From a bacterium (GTDB lineage: Bacteria; UBA8248), in assembly GCA_965213685.1 (NCBI GenBank), contig CBDBZY010000064.1:768001-832000 (forward strand): 64,000 bases of DNA, in the 5' to 3' direction. Shown piece after piece: positions 44,824 to 57,487 of this stretch. The notes beneath the pieces were generated by a model, which saw nothing but the letters and a program-made list of their open reading frames with translations, was not told the DNA's origin and did no database searches. Position numbers and translations under genes: made by a program. Numbering within the stretch: position 1 is the stretch's first letter; the number at the start of each line of letters is the position of its first letter.

Positions 44824-46650
44824 ATGGGCATGCCAGTTATAATATTGGTTGTATGCTACTCTTTCACAGTTGGTGCATTTGACAAGTCTTGGCTATACTC
44901 TGTTGTTGACAACAACTGCAGTTCTTCCCTTCATATCAGTTTGTCAGGTGAACAGAATTCAGAAAGCAGCACTACCCGAGAAAATGAATCTAACAACAGT
45001 CACCTGCTTCCCAATGAGTGTCCTCCATGGTACTACATGTCAGCAGGTGATGGGTGTGTTGTAGGTGATTATCTGAAGGGCAGAGTTCATTGGAATAAGC
45101 ACACTATGCAGACATCATTACAACATCTGTACTGTATGACAACTGCTGCAAACACCAACATGACCATCGTTGGTGGTTGCATGTTTTCTGCTGTGTATCT
45201 AAGTCACCCCTATGTGCCTCTCCCTTGTAACACCTCAGAGTTGAATGATTACACGTGTGCTGGTCTCAACAGGGAAGGTCAGCTCTGTGGTAAGTGTAAA
45301 GATGGATTTGCTCCATCAGTGTACTCTTATTCAATGCGGTGTGTCCGCTGTGCAGATTACAAACTTAACTGGGCTAAATATTTAGTTGTTGCTTTTGTAC
45401 CACTAACTGCATTTTTCATCTTTGTTTCAACATGTCACATTAGTCCCACCTCTTCTTACCTGCATGGGCTTGTGTATTTCAGTCATATCATTTGTCTACC
45501 ATTTATAAGCCGTATGTTTGTTTTACTGGAAGAATTTTACAATGTGTCTTACCTGCAAAGTAGAATAGCTGACATTTACTTTTCCTTGTTTGGTGTATGG
45601 AATCTGGACTTTTTCCGTTATCTCTATGAGCCTTTTTGTATCCATCCACACATGACAACTTTACAAGCTCTAGCACTGGACTACCTTATTGCTTCATATC
45701 CACTACTCTTACTACTATTGACCTATATCTTAGTACAACTTGAGAGAAGGAGCTTTAGACCATTAGAAATGGTGTGTAAACCTTTGAAGCACATATTGAG
45801 ATCAATCAAATGCAAGATCAATAATAAGTCTTTAGTTGATTCATTTGCAACAATTATGTTACTCTCAGCCATCAAGTTTCAAAGTACAACGTTTGACCTC
45901 TTGATGCCAATAAGAATATACAACATGAATGGATCTTCAGATAGTGAAGTGTACCTGTTCATGGCTGGAGATGTGAAGTACTTTGGACCAGAACACTTAC
46001 CCTATGCCATTACTGCAATTGTTGTCCTCATATGCTTGATAATTAGCCCAGCTCTCCTCTTGTTTCTCTATCCTTGCCACTGCTGTCAAATCTTTCTAAA
46101 CAAGTTTCACTGTAATTCTCAAGTACTACGTACTTTCATGGATGTCTTTCAAGGAAACTACAAGGATGGTACAAACAACACTAGAGATTGTAGATATTTT
46201 GCAGGCATATTTTTTGTGTCCAGAACCCTTATAGTACTTGCAATCATTTGCCTTAATTCCTTATACATTGAAACAATATTTGGCTTTGTGTTTCTTCTTC
46301 TGGGTCTGTGTGTGGCTGTGATACATCCACAAAAGTCACATGTTCACTACACAATAGACATGCTGTACATATCAATTATTCCGGCAGTATTTTTCGTAGC
46401 AAATGCAAAGAACGTACATTACTCAGATCAGAGTGTAAATGGCTTCATATTTCATGCTCTAGGTCTCATAATCCTTGCTCTTCCTTTATTGTACATGATT
46501 GGACTTACCATTATCTGGGTGTTGTACCTGATCAGGAAGGTATTACCACAAAGGTCACTGAGAAATTGTTTGGAGAGAATACTGAAGTACATAAAGAGTG
46601 CTGGTCAACCACAAACTGAAGAGCACAGACGCTTGATTGCCATACCCTGA
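44824..46650 (+). CDS. Uncharacterised membrane protein: signal peptide, Cys-rich ectodomain, ~9 TM helices (~608 aa)
   Basis: Single coding exon. Signal-like start MGMPVIILVVCYSFTVGA, then CPPWY and CAGLNREGQLCGKCKDGFAPSVYSYSMRCVRC, many N-glycosylation sequons and a series of hydrophobic segments. Confidence 0.8.
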   Translation: MGMPVIILVVCYSFTVGAFDKSWLYSVVDNNCSSSLHISLSGEQNSESSTTRENESNNSHLLPNECPPWYYMSAGDGCVVGDYLKGRVHWNKHTMQTSLQHLYCMTTAANTNMTIVGGCMFSAVYLSHPYVPLPCNTSELNDYTCAGLNREGQLCGKCKDGFAPSVYSYSMRCVRCADYKLNWAKYLVVAFVPLTAFFIFVSTCHISPTSSYLHGLVYFSHIICLPFISRMFVLLEEFYNVSYLQSRIADIYFSLFGVWNLDFFRYLYEPFCIHPHMTTLQALALDYLIASYPLLLLLLTYILVQLERRSFRPLEMVCKPLKHILRSIKCKINNKSLVDSFATIMLLSAIKFQSTTFDLLMPIRIYNMNGSSDSEVYLFMAGDVKYFGPEHLPYAITAIVVLICLIISPALLLFLYPCHCCQIFLNKFHCNSQVLRTFMDVFQGNYKDGTNNTRDCRYFAGIFFVSRTLIVLAIICLNSLYIETIFGFVFLLLGLCVAVIHPQKSHVHYTIDMLYISIIPAVFFVANAKNVHYSDQSVNGFIFHALGLIILALPLLYMIGLTIIWVLYLIRKVLPQRSLRNCLERILKYIKSAGQPQTEEHRRLIAIP

Positions 46651-47988
46651 AATTTTGCAGCACCATTTGACTGTGAATTGAGCAGCACTTCAAGATTAAG
46701 AAACACTTTCTGGCATTGATTTGTATGTTGAATACTACTGTACAAGGAAATATTTACTCTTTGAAGAAAATGTTCGATTTGTATGCTGAATACTACTGTA
46801 AAAGCAATAACTATTTTGCTTTCAAAAAACACTTTCTGGTATTGATTTGTATGTTGACTACTACTGTAAAAGGTACAGCAATATTTGTATTCTTAACAAA
46901 TATGATGTGCAGCAAATTGACGGGAGCTACCCAAAATAATTCCCAAACCACCTTGGTTCATTATTGCCAGCAACCACGATCCATAATCTGGCCATGCCAT
47001 AGAGTTACCCTGAAAGGTATTGTTATACAGTACGTATAACTTTGTCTGTAATGCATGCCTCCTTGCCTGGTGTTGGGCACACTGTCTGACCACCTGTGTA
47101 CATCAAGCACACCCATGCATGAGAGATAGACATAAAGCATGTTGTGAAAGCAGTTTGAAATGCCTATGTTGTCAACGACTTCAAGTTCATATTTCTCTAT
47201 GTTTTGTACATGAGTCTGAGGTTATACATTATTGTTATCACTTTCAGACAAGCTATAGATTACATCATTCTGAATCATAAACCCTAGAAGTATGTAAACA
47301 ATCAGTGTTACCAGAAGCACTTCAGGTTGATTTGTGAAGGTATTACAAGAAGAGGTTGGCCATATTAGGTATTTGTAATGTGAAGTTGGGGGGGGGGGCT
47401 GTTTCCTGTTGTGCTCAGTTTTTCACTGTGGTACAGGAATAACCAACCATTTTACACAGACGTTTGTGGGATATGACCTCAGATTTGTAGCTTTACAAAC
47501 AAATGCAGATGTATGTGAGAACAACAATAACAACATGCACCCTCCCCCTCTGGCCATAGGTAGTCATGCATGTGGACCATGGCCTCCTTGATGTAGCATG
47601 CTAGTATACACTATCGAATCTCCTGAGCACCACATGCATGTAAACAGTGGTGCAGGTGTTGTCCAAACCCATGTGTTGTTTACATTGTCCTCTCTTAGAT
47701 GACTTCAAATTTGTTTCCATCATGTCTTCTACATAAATCTGAGAATGTAAATTGTTATCACTTTCAGAAATCCTATAGGCTATGTCATTCTGAATCACAA
47801 ACGCTAAGTGTGTAAACCCACACGATCAATGTTGTCAGAAGCTCTTCAGATTGTTTGTGAAGGTGTGACAATGAGGTTAGCCATATTACGTCATCAGTGA
47901 TGGGGAGGTAGGAAGTTGTTTCCTTTTGCTTGGCCTTCACAGCAGTACAGGAACAGCTGGCTATTTTCATTGCTACTACTCAGAGCAC

Positions 47989-48112
47989 GTACTTTATGGG
48001 ATATAGTGTACTTGGATTGCGTCTCCGGCGAGGCCTAATATAGCACTCGGCTTCGCCTCATGCTTTATTAGCCTCTCGACGCATTCCTCGTACACTATAT
48101 CCCATAAAGTAC
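47989..48112. repeat. ~125-bp palindromic element at the inversion junction
   Basis: 23-bp perfect outer arms GTACTTTATGGGATATAGTGTAC / GTACACTATATCCCATAAAGTAC, imperfect inner arms and a CTCGGCTTCGCCTC core. Confidence 0.75.
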
Positions 48113-48134
48113 TCGGACGGGTACTCTAACTAGT

Positions 48135-49680
48135 ATATAACAACTTAAGTTTCCTTTGCAGCTTGTACCAACGGAAACTTTCCGCGTAATGAAAGCTGCA
48201 AAGTTGGCTATATGCAGTGCGAGTAATCACTTTTTCTATGAGTAGACTATAGATACTGTAAACGTCCAAATTGCAGCGCCACTCAATACTAAGCGCCACC
48301 TAGAGTACCTAATAGTAGCGATATTTTTTCGGTGGCGCTTAGTAAATAGACACACGTGGCAATTTTGGATCGCTACTTCAAGCCAGTAGGCCTAACTCTG
48401 ATGCCACTGTATCTCACAGCAGACCTTTTGCTGGGGCTTCCGGTGGTGGATCATCTCTAATGTGTTTAACTTCACTGCCACTAAGAGGAGAGTTTCCAGA
48501 TCTCGTAAACATCCCAGAAGCAGCCGTGGTTCGTTCCGAAGGAAGCGCCACCTGGAGAGGACAGATTTTACGCAGCGTCGGGGCGAATTTTTTTTTTCTG
48601 GCGAACGTTTACGGTATTGGGGACACGTCACCAATAATGAACTACGAAAAGGGCAAAGGCCACTGACTGGGGAGCTAACAATATCTTGTGCTCTACCATA
48701 ACGTAGAGACCTGTGTACCTTCGGGCAGCTGATGTCTTACTTTCATTTGCAAATTGAAAACTTGTTCAGAGGGGTAGGAAAAGGGGGGCCGGGGGATTTG
48801 CCCCCCCCACTTTTTGCCAACAATTTCTTGTTGTCAGAAATGCCTCTGCATAGCACTATCTATTTCAATAAATGTTTTCACCATTTATTCGCAATACAAG
48901 GAAAATGTTTCTCAGTGTTTGCCCCCCCACTTCTTTAATGCCCATTACCCCTCTGTTGTTAGAGCACTTCCTATAGTAAGATACCCGTAGTCTCGCGGAG
49001 CCATACTAAGATACCCTAGCCTCAGCACTTGGTTACTGAGGGCGTATTCTCGCGCATGCGCACAAGGGAGAAATGCTCGATGTGGTGCGGTCCTCGTCGC
49101 TGTTTCAAGTCGGGTGGCCAGTGAACAACCAGTATAGCGCATAGTAGGTAAGTAGAAGTGAACTGACGTATGTTTGGGCCTTTTGCTTACCTTGTTTCAA
49201 TTTTTTGCCACTTTTAGCGCTTTAATAAGAACAAGCGCCGATTCGTGGACGCTGCACGACACTGACCTACTCTGAGTGTTCTTGGAGAGGATGTGCCCTT
49301 AGCGCAACGATCAAGGATCAGTAAGGCAATGGCTATTTTACTGCCATACGCAAATGTGCCCAGAGGTCTGTACGTTCATCACATTTGTATATACCTGTAA
49401 CAGGTGCACTGCTAGTGCGATATGTTGTAATTTGGAGTATGTGCATAACAGTAGTACATAGCACACTGTGGTCAGTGAGGTGGGGAAGATGCTTCTAGCT
49501 CCCATGCATGGTACTGGTGGTGTTTGGCAGCTGTGCCCCTACAGCTACACCGCCCTGCCTGTATTGCACCGGGAAATTGTTGTGGCTTTGTTACCTGTGT
49601 CTTGTAGTGGTACAGGGTGGGAAGCTTTGACCTGCCCAGTTCTCACTTTGCTGTACCTGGCTTCCACTTTCCACAGACAA
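48135..49680. repeat. Direct paralog of 52665-53945 (the upstream region of the membrane-protein gene)
   Basis: Collinear similarity from TTTGCAGCTTGTACCAACGGAAAC to CTGTACCTGGCTTCCAC, including a CpG-rich segment with GCGCATGCGC. Confidence 0.88.
48767..48955. mobile_element. 189-bp MITE, TIR CAGAGGGGTA, 5-bp TSD TTGTT
   Basis: TSD at 48762-48766 and 48956-48960; the element is absent from the paralogous site near 53285. Confidence 0.8.
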
Positions 49681-50739
49681 CTATTTCAATGTGGTATTCA
49701 GAGAATTTGGTAGTGTAGTATGCTACGTAAGTCAAAGAGGCATTGATGGATATGCACAACTACCTGTGGTCAGAGGAGGAGCTGCATGTTGTCTTTGTTG
49801 TTCTCACATATACATCACTTGTTTGTAGTGCTACAAATCTAAGGTCATATCCCATGGAAGTTTGTGCTCTGTGTATATAGTAGCAGCTGCATGGCTGTAT
49901 CTGTTCTGCTGTGAAGGCCAATGAAAAGGAAACAACTTCCTTCCTTCCCATCACAGATGATGTAATATGGCTAACCTCATCGTCACACCTTCACAATCAA
50001 TCTGAAGAGCTTCTGACAACATTGATCGTGTGGGATTACACACTTAGTGTTTGTGATTCAGTATGACGTAGCCTAGAAAGTGATAACAATAATTTACATT
50101 CTCAGATTTATGTGGAAAACATGATGGAAACATAAACTTGAAGTCATCTAAGAGAGGACAATGTAAACAACACATGGGTTTGAACAACACCTGCACAAAT
50201 GTTTACATGTGGTGCTCAGGAGATTCGATAGTGTATACTAGCATGCTACATCAAGGAGGCCATGGTCCACATGCATGACTACCTATGGCCAGAGGGGGAG
50301 GGTGCATGGATGTGTTTGATGTACACAGGTGGTCAGACAGTGTGCCCAACACCAGGCAAGGAGGCATGTATTACAGACTAAGTTATACGTACTGTATAGC
50401 AATACCTTTCAGGGTAACTCTATGGCATGGCCAGATTGTGGATCGTGTGGTTGCTGGCAATAATGTGGTTTGGGAATTATTTAGGGTAGCTCCCATCAAT
50501 TTGCTGCACATCATATTTATTAAGAATACAGTAGTATTCAACATACAAATCAATACCACAAGTGTTTTTGAAAGCAAAGTATTGTCTTTTACAGTAGTAT
50601 TCAGCATACAAATCGAAAATTTTCTTGAAAGAGTAAATATTTCCTTGTACAGTAGTATTCAACATACAAATCAATGCCAGAAAGTGTTTCTTAATCTTGA
50701 AGTGCTGCTCAATTCACAGTCAAATGGTGCTGCAAAATT

Positions 50740-52565
50740 TCAGGGTATGGCAATCAAGCGTCTGTGCTCTTCAGTTTGTGGTTGACCAGCACTCTTTATG
50801 TACTTCAGTATTCTCTCCAAACAATTTCTCAGTGACCTTTGTGGTAATACCTTCCTGATCAGGTACAACACCCAGATAATGGTAAGTCCAATCATGTACA
50901 ATAAAGGAAGAGCAAGGATTATGAGACCTAGAGCATGAAATATGAAGCCATTTACACTCTGATCTGAGTAATGTACATTCTTTGCATTTGCTACGAAAAA
51001 TACTGCCGGAATAATTGATATGTACAGCATATCTATTGTGTAGTGAACATGTGACTTTTGTGGATGCATCACAGCCACACTCAGACCCAGAAGAAGAAAC
51101 ACAAAGCCAAATATTGTTTCGATGTATAAGGAATTAAGGCAAATGATTGCAAGTACTATAAGGGTTCTGGACACAAAAAATATGCCTGCGAAGTATCTGC
51201 AATCTCTAGTGTGTTTGTACCATCCTTGTAGTTTCCTTGGAAGACATCCATGAAAGTACGTAGCACTTGAGAATTACAGTGAAACTTGTTTAGAAAGATT
51301 TGACAGCAGTGGCAAGGATAGAGAAACAAGAGGAGAGCTGGGCTAATTATCAAGCATATGAGGACAACAATTGCAGTAATGGCATAGGGTAAGTGTTCTG
51401 GTCCAAAGTACTTCACATCTCCAGCCATGAACAGGTATACTTCACTATCTGAAGATCCATTCATGTTGTATATTCTTATTGGCATCAAGAGGTCAAACGT
51501 TGTACTTTGAAATTTGATGGCTGAGAGTAACATAATTGTTGCAAATGAATCAACTAAAGACTTATTATTGATCTTGCATTTGATTGATCTCAATATGTGC
51601 TTCAAAGGTTTACACACCATTTCTAATGGTCTAAAGCTCCTTCTCTCAAGTTGTACTAAGATATAGGTCAATAGTAGTAAGAGTAGTGGATATGAAGCAA
51701 TAAGGTAGTCCAGTGCTAGAGCTTGTAAAGTTGTCATGTGTGGATGGATACAAAAAGGCTCATAGAGATAACGGAAAAAGTCCAGATTCCATACACCAAA
51801 CAAGGAAAAGTAAATGTCAGCTATTCTACCTTGCGGGTAAGACACATTGTAAAATTCTTCCAGTAAAACAAACATACGGCTTATAAATGGTAGACAAATG
51901 ATATGACTGAAATACACAAGCCCATGCAGGTACGAAGAGGTGGGACTAATGTGACATGTTGAAACAAAGATGAAAAATGCAGTTAGTGGTACAAAAGCAA
52001 CAACTAAATATTTAGCCCAGTTAAGTTTGTAATCTGTACAGCGGACACACTGCATTGAATAAGAGTACACTGATGGAGCAAATCCATCTTTACACTTACC
52101 ACAGAGCTGACCTTCCCTGTTGAGACCAGCACATGTGTAATCATTCAACTCTGAGGTGTTACAAGGGAGAGGCACATAGGGGTGACTTAGATACACAGCA
52201 GAAAACATGCAACCACCAACGATGGTCATGTTGGTGCTTGCAGCAGTTGTCATACAGTACAGATGTTGTACTGATGTCTGCATAGTGTGCTTATTCCAAT
52301 GAACTCTGCCCTTCAGAGAATCACCTACAACACACCCATCACCTGCTGACATGTAGTACCATGGAGGACACTCATTGGGAAGCAGGTGACTGTTGTTAGA
52401 TTCATTTTCTCGGGTAGTGCTGCTTTCTGAATTCTGTTCACCTGACAAACTGATATGAAGGGAAGAACTGCAGTTGCTGTCAACAACAGAGTATAGCCAA
52501 GACTTGTCAAATGCACCAACTGTGAAAGAGTAGCATACAACCAATATTATAACTGGCATGCCCAT
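50740..52565 (-). pseudogene. Inverted near-identical copy of the Cys-rich multi-TM gene with a 1-bp frameshift at ~51212
   Basis: ORFs 51156-52646 and 50740-51174 together match the 44824-46650 protein. ACAAACAACACTAG in the intact copy reads ACAAACACACTAG here. This could be a sequencing error. Confidence 0.75.
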
Positions 52566-53294
52566 TGCTACGCTATCTGCTGCAATACTACTGAATTTGC
52601 TATTAGAAATCGTTCTATATGCTGCTGGAAAGTGAAAGACAAACAAGACACTTTCTTATAGATATATTAACTAAGTTTCTTTTGCAGCTTGTACCAACGG
52701 AAACTTACCACGTAATGAAAGCTGCAAGCTGGTCATGCAAGGACAATGTTGGCTAGACGCAGTGCGAGTAATCACTTTATCTATGAGTAGACTATAAACG
52801 TCCCAATTACATGTACAGCGCCACTCAATACTAAGCGCCACTTCTACTCAAATAGTAGCGTTATTTTTTGGTGGCGCTTAGTAAATAGACACACGTGTCA
52901 ATATGGCTATTTTGGATCGCTACTTCAAAGCCAGTAACTCTCACTGACGCCATTGCATCTCACAGCAGACCTGTTGCTGGGGCTGCCGCTGGTGGATCAT
53001 CTCTAAAGTGTTTAGCTGCCACTAAGAGGAGAGTTTCCAGACCTCGTAAACATCCCAGATCCAGCCGCGGTTCAAAGTAGATTCGTTCTGAAGGTAGCGC
53101 CAGGGTGAAATGTAATTAATTTTCTGGCGAACGGTATTTTAGGGACTCGTCACCATGATCACTACGAAAAGAGCAAAGGCCAATAACTGTAGGGCTAACG
53201 ACACATATTGTGCTCTACCATAACCTTAAGACCTCTGTAGCTTCGGGCAGCTGATGTCTCACTTTCATTTACAAATTGGGAACTTGTTACAGCA

Positions 53295-53400
53295 GTACGC
53301 TACGGCGTATTCTTGCGCATGCGCACAAGAGCAATGCTCAATGTGGTGCGGTCTTCGTCGACGTTGTTTTCGGGTGGCCAGTGGGCAACCAGTACAGCAC
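53295..53400. promoter_or_regulatory. CpG-rich putative promoter with an NRF1-type GCGCATGCGC site (paralog at ~49040-49140)
   Basis: Local CpG enrichment in otherwise CpG-poor DNA, plus TGCGCATGCGCA, upstream of the minus-strand TM gene. Function is inferred. Confidence 0.4.
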
Positions 53401-55991
53401 ATAGTAGGTAGGTAGAAGCGAACTGAGGTATGTTTGGGCCTTTTGTGTACTTTGCTTCAATTTTTTGCCACTTGTAGCGTCTTAGTAAGAACAAGCGCCG
53501 ATTCGTGGACGCTGCACCACGTGTTCTTGGAAAGGATGTGCCCTTAGCGCAACAATCAAGGATCAGGTTAGTTTTTACCATGCGCAAATGTGTATCCCAG
53601 AAGTCTGTACGTTCATCACCTTTGAGTGCTTAGTACATGTAGCAGGTGCACTGCAAGTGCGATATGCTAATAGTGTATGTAATTTGGGGTATGTGTGTAA
53701 CTTAAGTACATAGCACACTGTGGTCAGTGAGTTGGGGAAGATGCTTCTAGCTCTCATGCACGGGGGTACTGGCGGTGTACGGAGTAGCTTTGGCAGCTGT
53801 GCCCCTACAGCTACACCTCCCTGCCTGTATGGCACTGGGAAATTGCTGTGGCTTTGTTGCCTGTGTCTTGTAGTGCTACAGGGTGGGAAGCTCTGACCCG
53901 CCCAGTTCTCACTTTGCTGTACCTGGCTTCCACCCTCCGCAGACAGCCAGGGAGGGCCTTATGGTCAAGGATGAGGTTGCTGAGATCTCCTTTTTTTCCT
54001 ATTACGTGTTAAACAGTTCTCCTTAGTTGTACTCCTTGCTTTTGAAGTTTGCGTATCTGTTCAGGGAGTTTTCCATTATGAACGTGTCACTGATACACAA
54101 AAGCACTGAGATACAAAAGTATTGAGATACAAAAGAGAAAGTTGCACACAAACATTTTCCTAGCATGTGCTAATGCTGTGCATTGTTATGTATCGACATC
54201 AGTTCGGGCAATGCAGGCTTGTCACATACATGTACATGTAGTTGGAGTATACAAACAAACTAGTTAATGTATCAATTATTCATGTATTATCGAAGATTTC
54301 CAGTTTCTGTAGTTTGTATGCTCAGTTATGTGCTGTACAGACTACTACATCTTGTGCTGTTTTTATCACCTCTCAGCACATTTTTTTGCAAGCTCCTCTC
54401 GTGATGGACAGTTGTACATCCAATAGTCTCACTGTATTCTGTGGCAAAGAGAGAAGGTTTTAGTGGTGCTATTATTGTTACATTGTAGTTCTGGACTCAA
54501 CTGGTGAGTTTGCCTGTATTGCTCCTGTACTGTCCTCTCTTGTCACATATCACTGTTACGTAGTGTATGATAGTGGGTTTTAATGCGTTCACATATCTTC
54601 TTCATATCTAAACATCATCACTTGTCCTGCCTGTAGTGGACAGACACAGAATGTGCTAATACCATACTCGCTCGTTAGGTGCATACACTTGTATCTCCAC
54701 TGGAAGAAAACCAGCGCTTAACAACGAGATGCACTTCAATTCGAGAGCAATTATAATTAGTACACTTTTGGTGCACTTTTTTTAGAATACCGCGTGGAAA
54801 GCCGTCTAGCGTTAAACGGTCAATTAAAAGGAACATGGACTAGATGGAGGCTGAACGGGGAATGAACGGGAATGGGCTCCCCGTTGAACAGACAGTTTAT
54901 GGAAAGTTATGTTTGACACCTACTGTATATGTACAGACTCTTCAGTACTTCAGCTATATCAGGTGGCTGTCACTTTCCAGGGATAAGTTTAATGTCAGTG
55001 TAGATGACATCTATCGCCTGTATCATATCTTTATACATGACGACTTTCCTTCCCTCTCTCCCCTTTCACTGCTTCCACATCTCACTGTGTGTTCCCACCA
55101 GCCATTCAAGTTCCACCTCTTTGCCACTCACCTCCACCACCTTGCCAATTAGGGGTCTACCCTGGTACTTCTCCAGGTTGACGGCAACCAGCATTCCCAC
55201 CTTAGCAACCCACACATTTACATGACAATGAAGAATTGTATACATCACATAATTAACACAAAATCCATGCACTTAAATTCTGGGTGTGTGTTGGCTGCTG
55301 CATGAAGTTTCTAAGAACCTCTTGGTTCTAGGCAATATTGAGCTCCCTTTCCACCTCATATGAACACATGCTACCATCTTTTGTCCTGCCAATCTTTTCT
55401 AACTGCCACTGGAAGATATCACCTTTCTGAAGGCATACTTAATGGTGCAGAAAGGTTTAAAAGTATCCACTGTTTGCCTTGACTATGCATACCTGTAGTA
55501 GTTCAATGAAAACCTTTCCATTGACCGGCATGGGTAACTCAGTCTCCCCACTTGTGTGATTAGATTTCTCTGCAGTAGGACCCTAGCAAATATCTCATCT
55601 GCATCTGAGGAGTTGGGAGTTGTGATTCATGATTAACACTATAGTATTTGTAGGTAGGTATTTGAATGTACATGTATATTATTGTCATTACTGTTAAAGT
55701 TCACTTCAAGAAAGATTCCAACCTCCTTCCCATAGAGCAGAATTGAGATGATGTCCCTAGGAAAGTTTGCATAAGATTTACATGTTTGTACACAATATAC
55801 ATGTATTTCACTTACCCTGATTCGTGACATGTTGATGCAGGTGTACGTGTGGTTAATGGGTGTTGGGAAAGGGTACTGGGTGCAGGTGGACATTGTTGGC
55901 AAGGAAAAACCTGTGCTATGGATGCACCCTGCTCAGGTTGGTACTGGAGGGTGATACTGTGAAGGGGTAGGAGGATGGGGGTGACTGTTGC

Positions 55992-56151
55992 CATAGGCGT
56001 AGGAATAAGGGGTGCCAGGGGGCCATGGCCCCCCCTAAAATCTTGGTTAAATCAGTGTACTAACATGTGTTAATAACTAAATTTGTGGGTGTGATGATTC
56101 AGAAAAATTTCTGCCCCCCCCCCCAATCAAGAAATTGTTCCTATGCATATG
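55992..56151. mobile_element. 160-bp MITE with CATAGGCGTAGGAA-type TIRs
   Basis: Imperfect TIR TTCCTATGCATATG at the right end; flanks GTTGC / GTTAC. Confidence 0.65.
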
Positions 56152-56603
56152 GTTACTGGTGAAGCCTCAGATCTGCGATTCATACATTTGCTAAAGTTGG
56201 TGTGTATGACAAAATTGTGTCAGACAGTGTTTTTTGGGCACATTGCTAATAGTCATGCAGTACGCTATGTCACAACTAAACTGAGGGATCTATCCAAGCC
56301 CCTTGTTTTTGCCTGTAATCATGTCGAGAGTAGGCGCTTGTAGCTCAGTCGCACGGCAGCGTAGTCTATATGTCAGCACTGGCACACCAGCCACAGAACT
56401 CAACAACAGCACACACCGTACACGTACACATTGTTATGACTCACATGCATCAAACCTTCTAGATCTAGATGACCACGTGTATAGGTCAAGGGTGATTACA
56501 TAACACAGTTACACACCTTGCTACATAAATATACAACTGTTACATTGCCAAAGATCATTCTGATCTTTTATATTCTTGACGAACCGGAATGGGAGGTGTG
56601 CAT

Positions 56604-57487
56604 TGTAAGAGCAGGTAGGACCGCAGCACCACGCCCGACCGAGGGAGACGGGAGACCGCTCAGAGGCAAAGATCAATCATGAGGCACACCCTGCATGCAC
56701 GTGATATTACATAACATGACAATGATGCAATGGGCATGATGCATGTGATGATAGGTGTGTGTGCGTAATGTGCGTCCAGTTTCCTACATCTCCCCCTCCC
56801 CGGCGTCCGGGGTGACGGTGTCCCCACGGTCAGCCTGGACGTTAAGCGAGTGTAACTCCTCAATCAGGCGCCTAGTTGGTCTGTGGGGTCAGGATGACCA
56901 TCGCAGAGGTGGCTGCTGGTGTTGGTGAGCTGCGGGGTGTGGTGATGGCTGGGGGGCGGGATGTGGTGATGGCTGAGGGGTGGGAGGGATGGATGTCGGC
57001 ACCCTGCATCTGATGAAACGCCTGTTGCGTACCAGGACGTGTCCGTTGCTGGTTTTGATGAAGTATCGCCTGTGTTTGCTGACATTGACTATGATCCCAT
57101 ATATGTCCCAGTGCTTGGTTTCATGGTTTTGGACAGCCACATGGGAGCCAATTGTGATGTCGGGGAGGGGGCAGGTGCACTGGTTGTATGATGTCTCCTT
57201 GGTGTGTTGTGTGGCAAGAGTGTGTTGCTTTGTCACCTTGGCAGAAGACGTATGCCATCGTTGCTGTGGTGGCTCAGGTTCGTGTGGATGCTTGCAGCGC
57301 CATGTAAGAGCAGGTAGGACCGCAGCACTGCGCCCGACCGAGGGAGACGGGAGACCGCTCGGAGGCAAAGATCAATCATGAGGCACACACCGCATGCACG
57401 TGATACTACATAACATGACAATGATGCAATGGGCATGATGCATGTGATGATAGGTGTGTGTGTGTAATGTGCGTCCAGTTTCCTACA
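56604..57487 (-). mobile_element. Miniature (TRIM-like, internally deleted) Gypsy-type LTR retrotransposon, 884 bp
   Basis: Two 185-bp TG...CA LTRs (56604-56788, 57303-57487) and a 5-bp TSD TGCAT. Minus-strand PBS TGGCGCTGCAAGCA and PPT GGGAGGGGGAGA. The interior encodes an integrase C-terminal remnant (LPDITIGSHVAVQN..KHWDIYGIIV..RRYFIKT..VLVRNRRFIR). Confidence 0.92.

Noticed and set aside
54925-55235. Protein-like minus-strand stretch (KVGMLVAVNLEKYQGRPLIGKVVEV..ELEWLVG)
   Set aside because: It looks like decayed coding sequence with stops, but I cannot assign a family, so it is not called.
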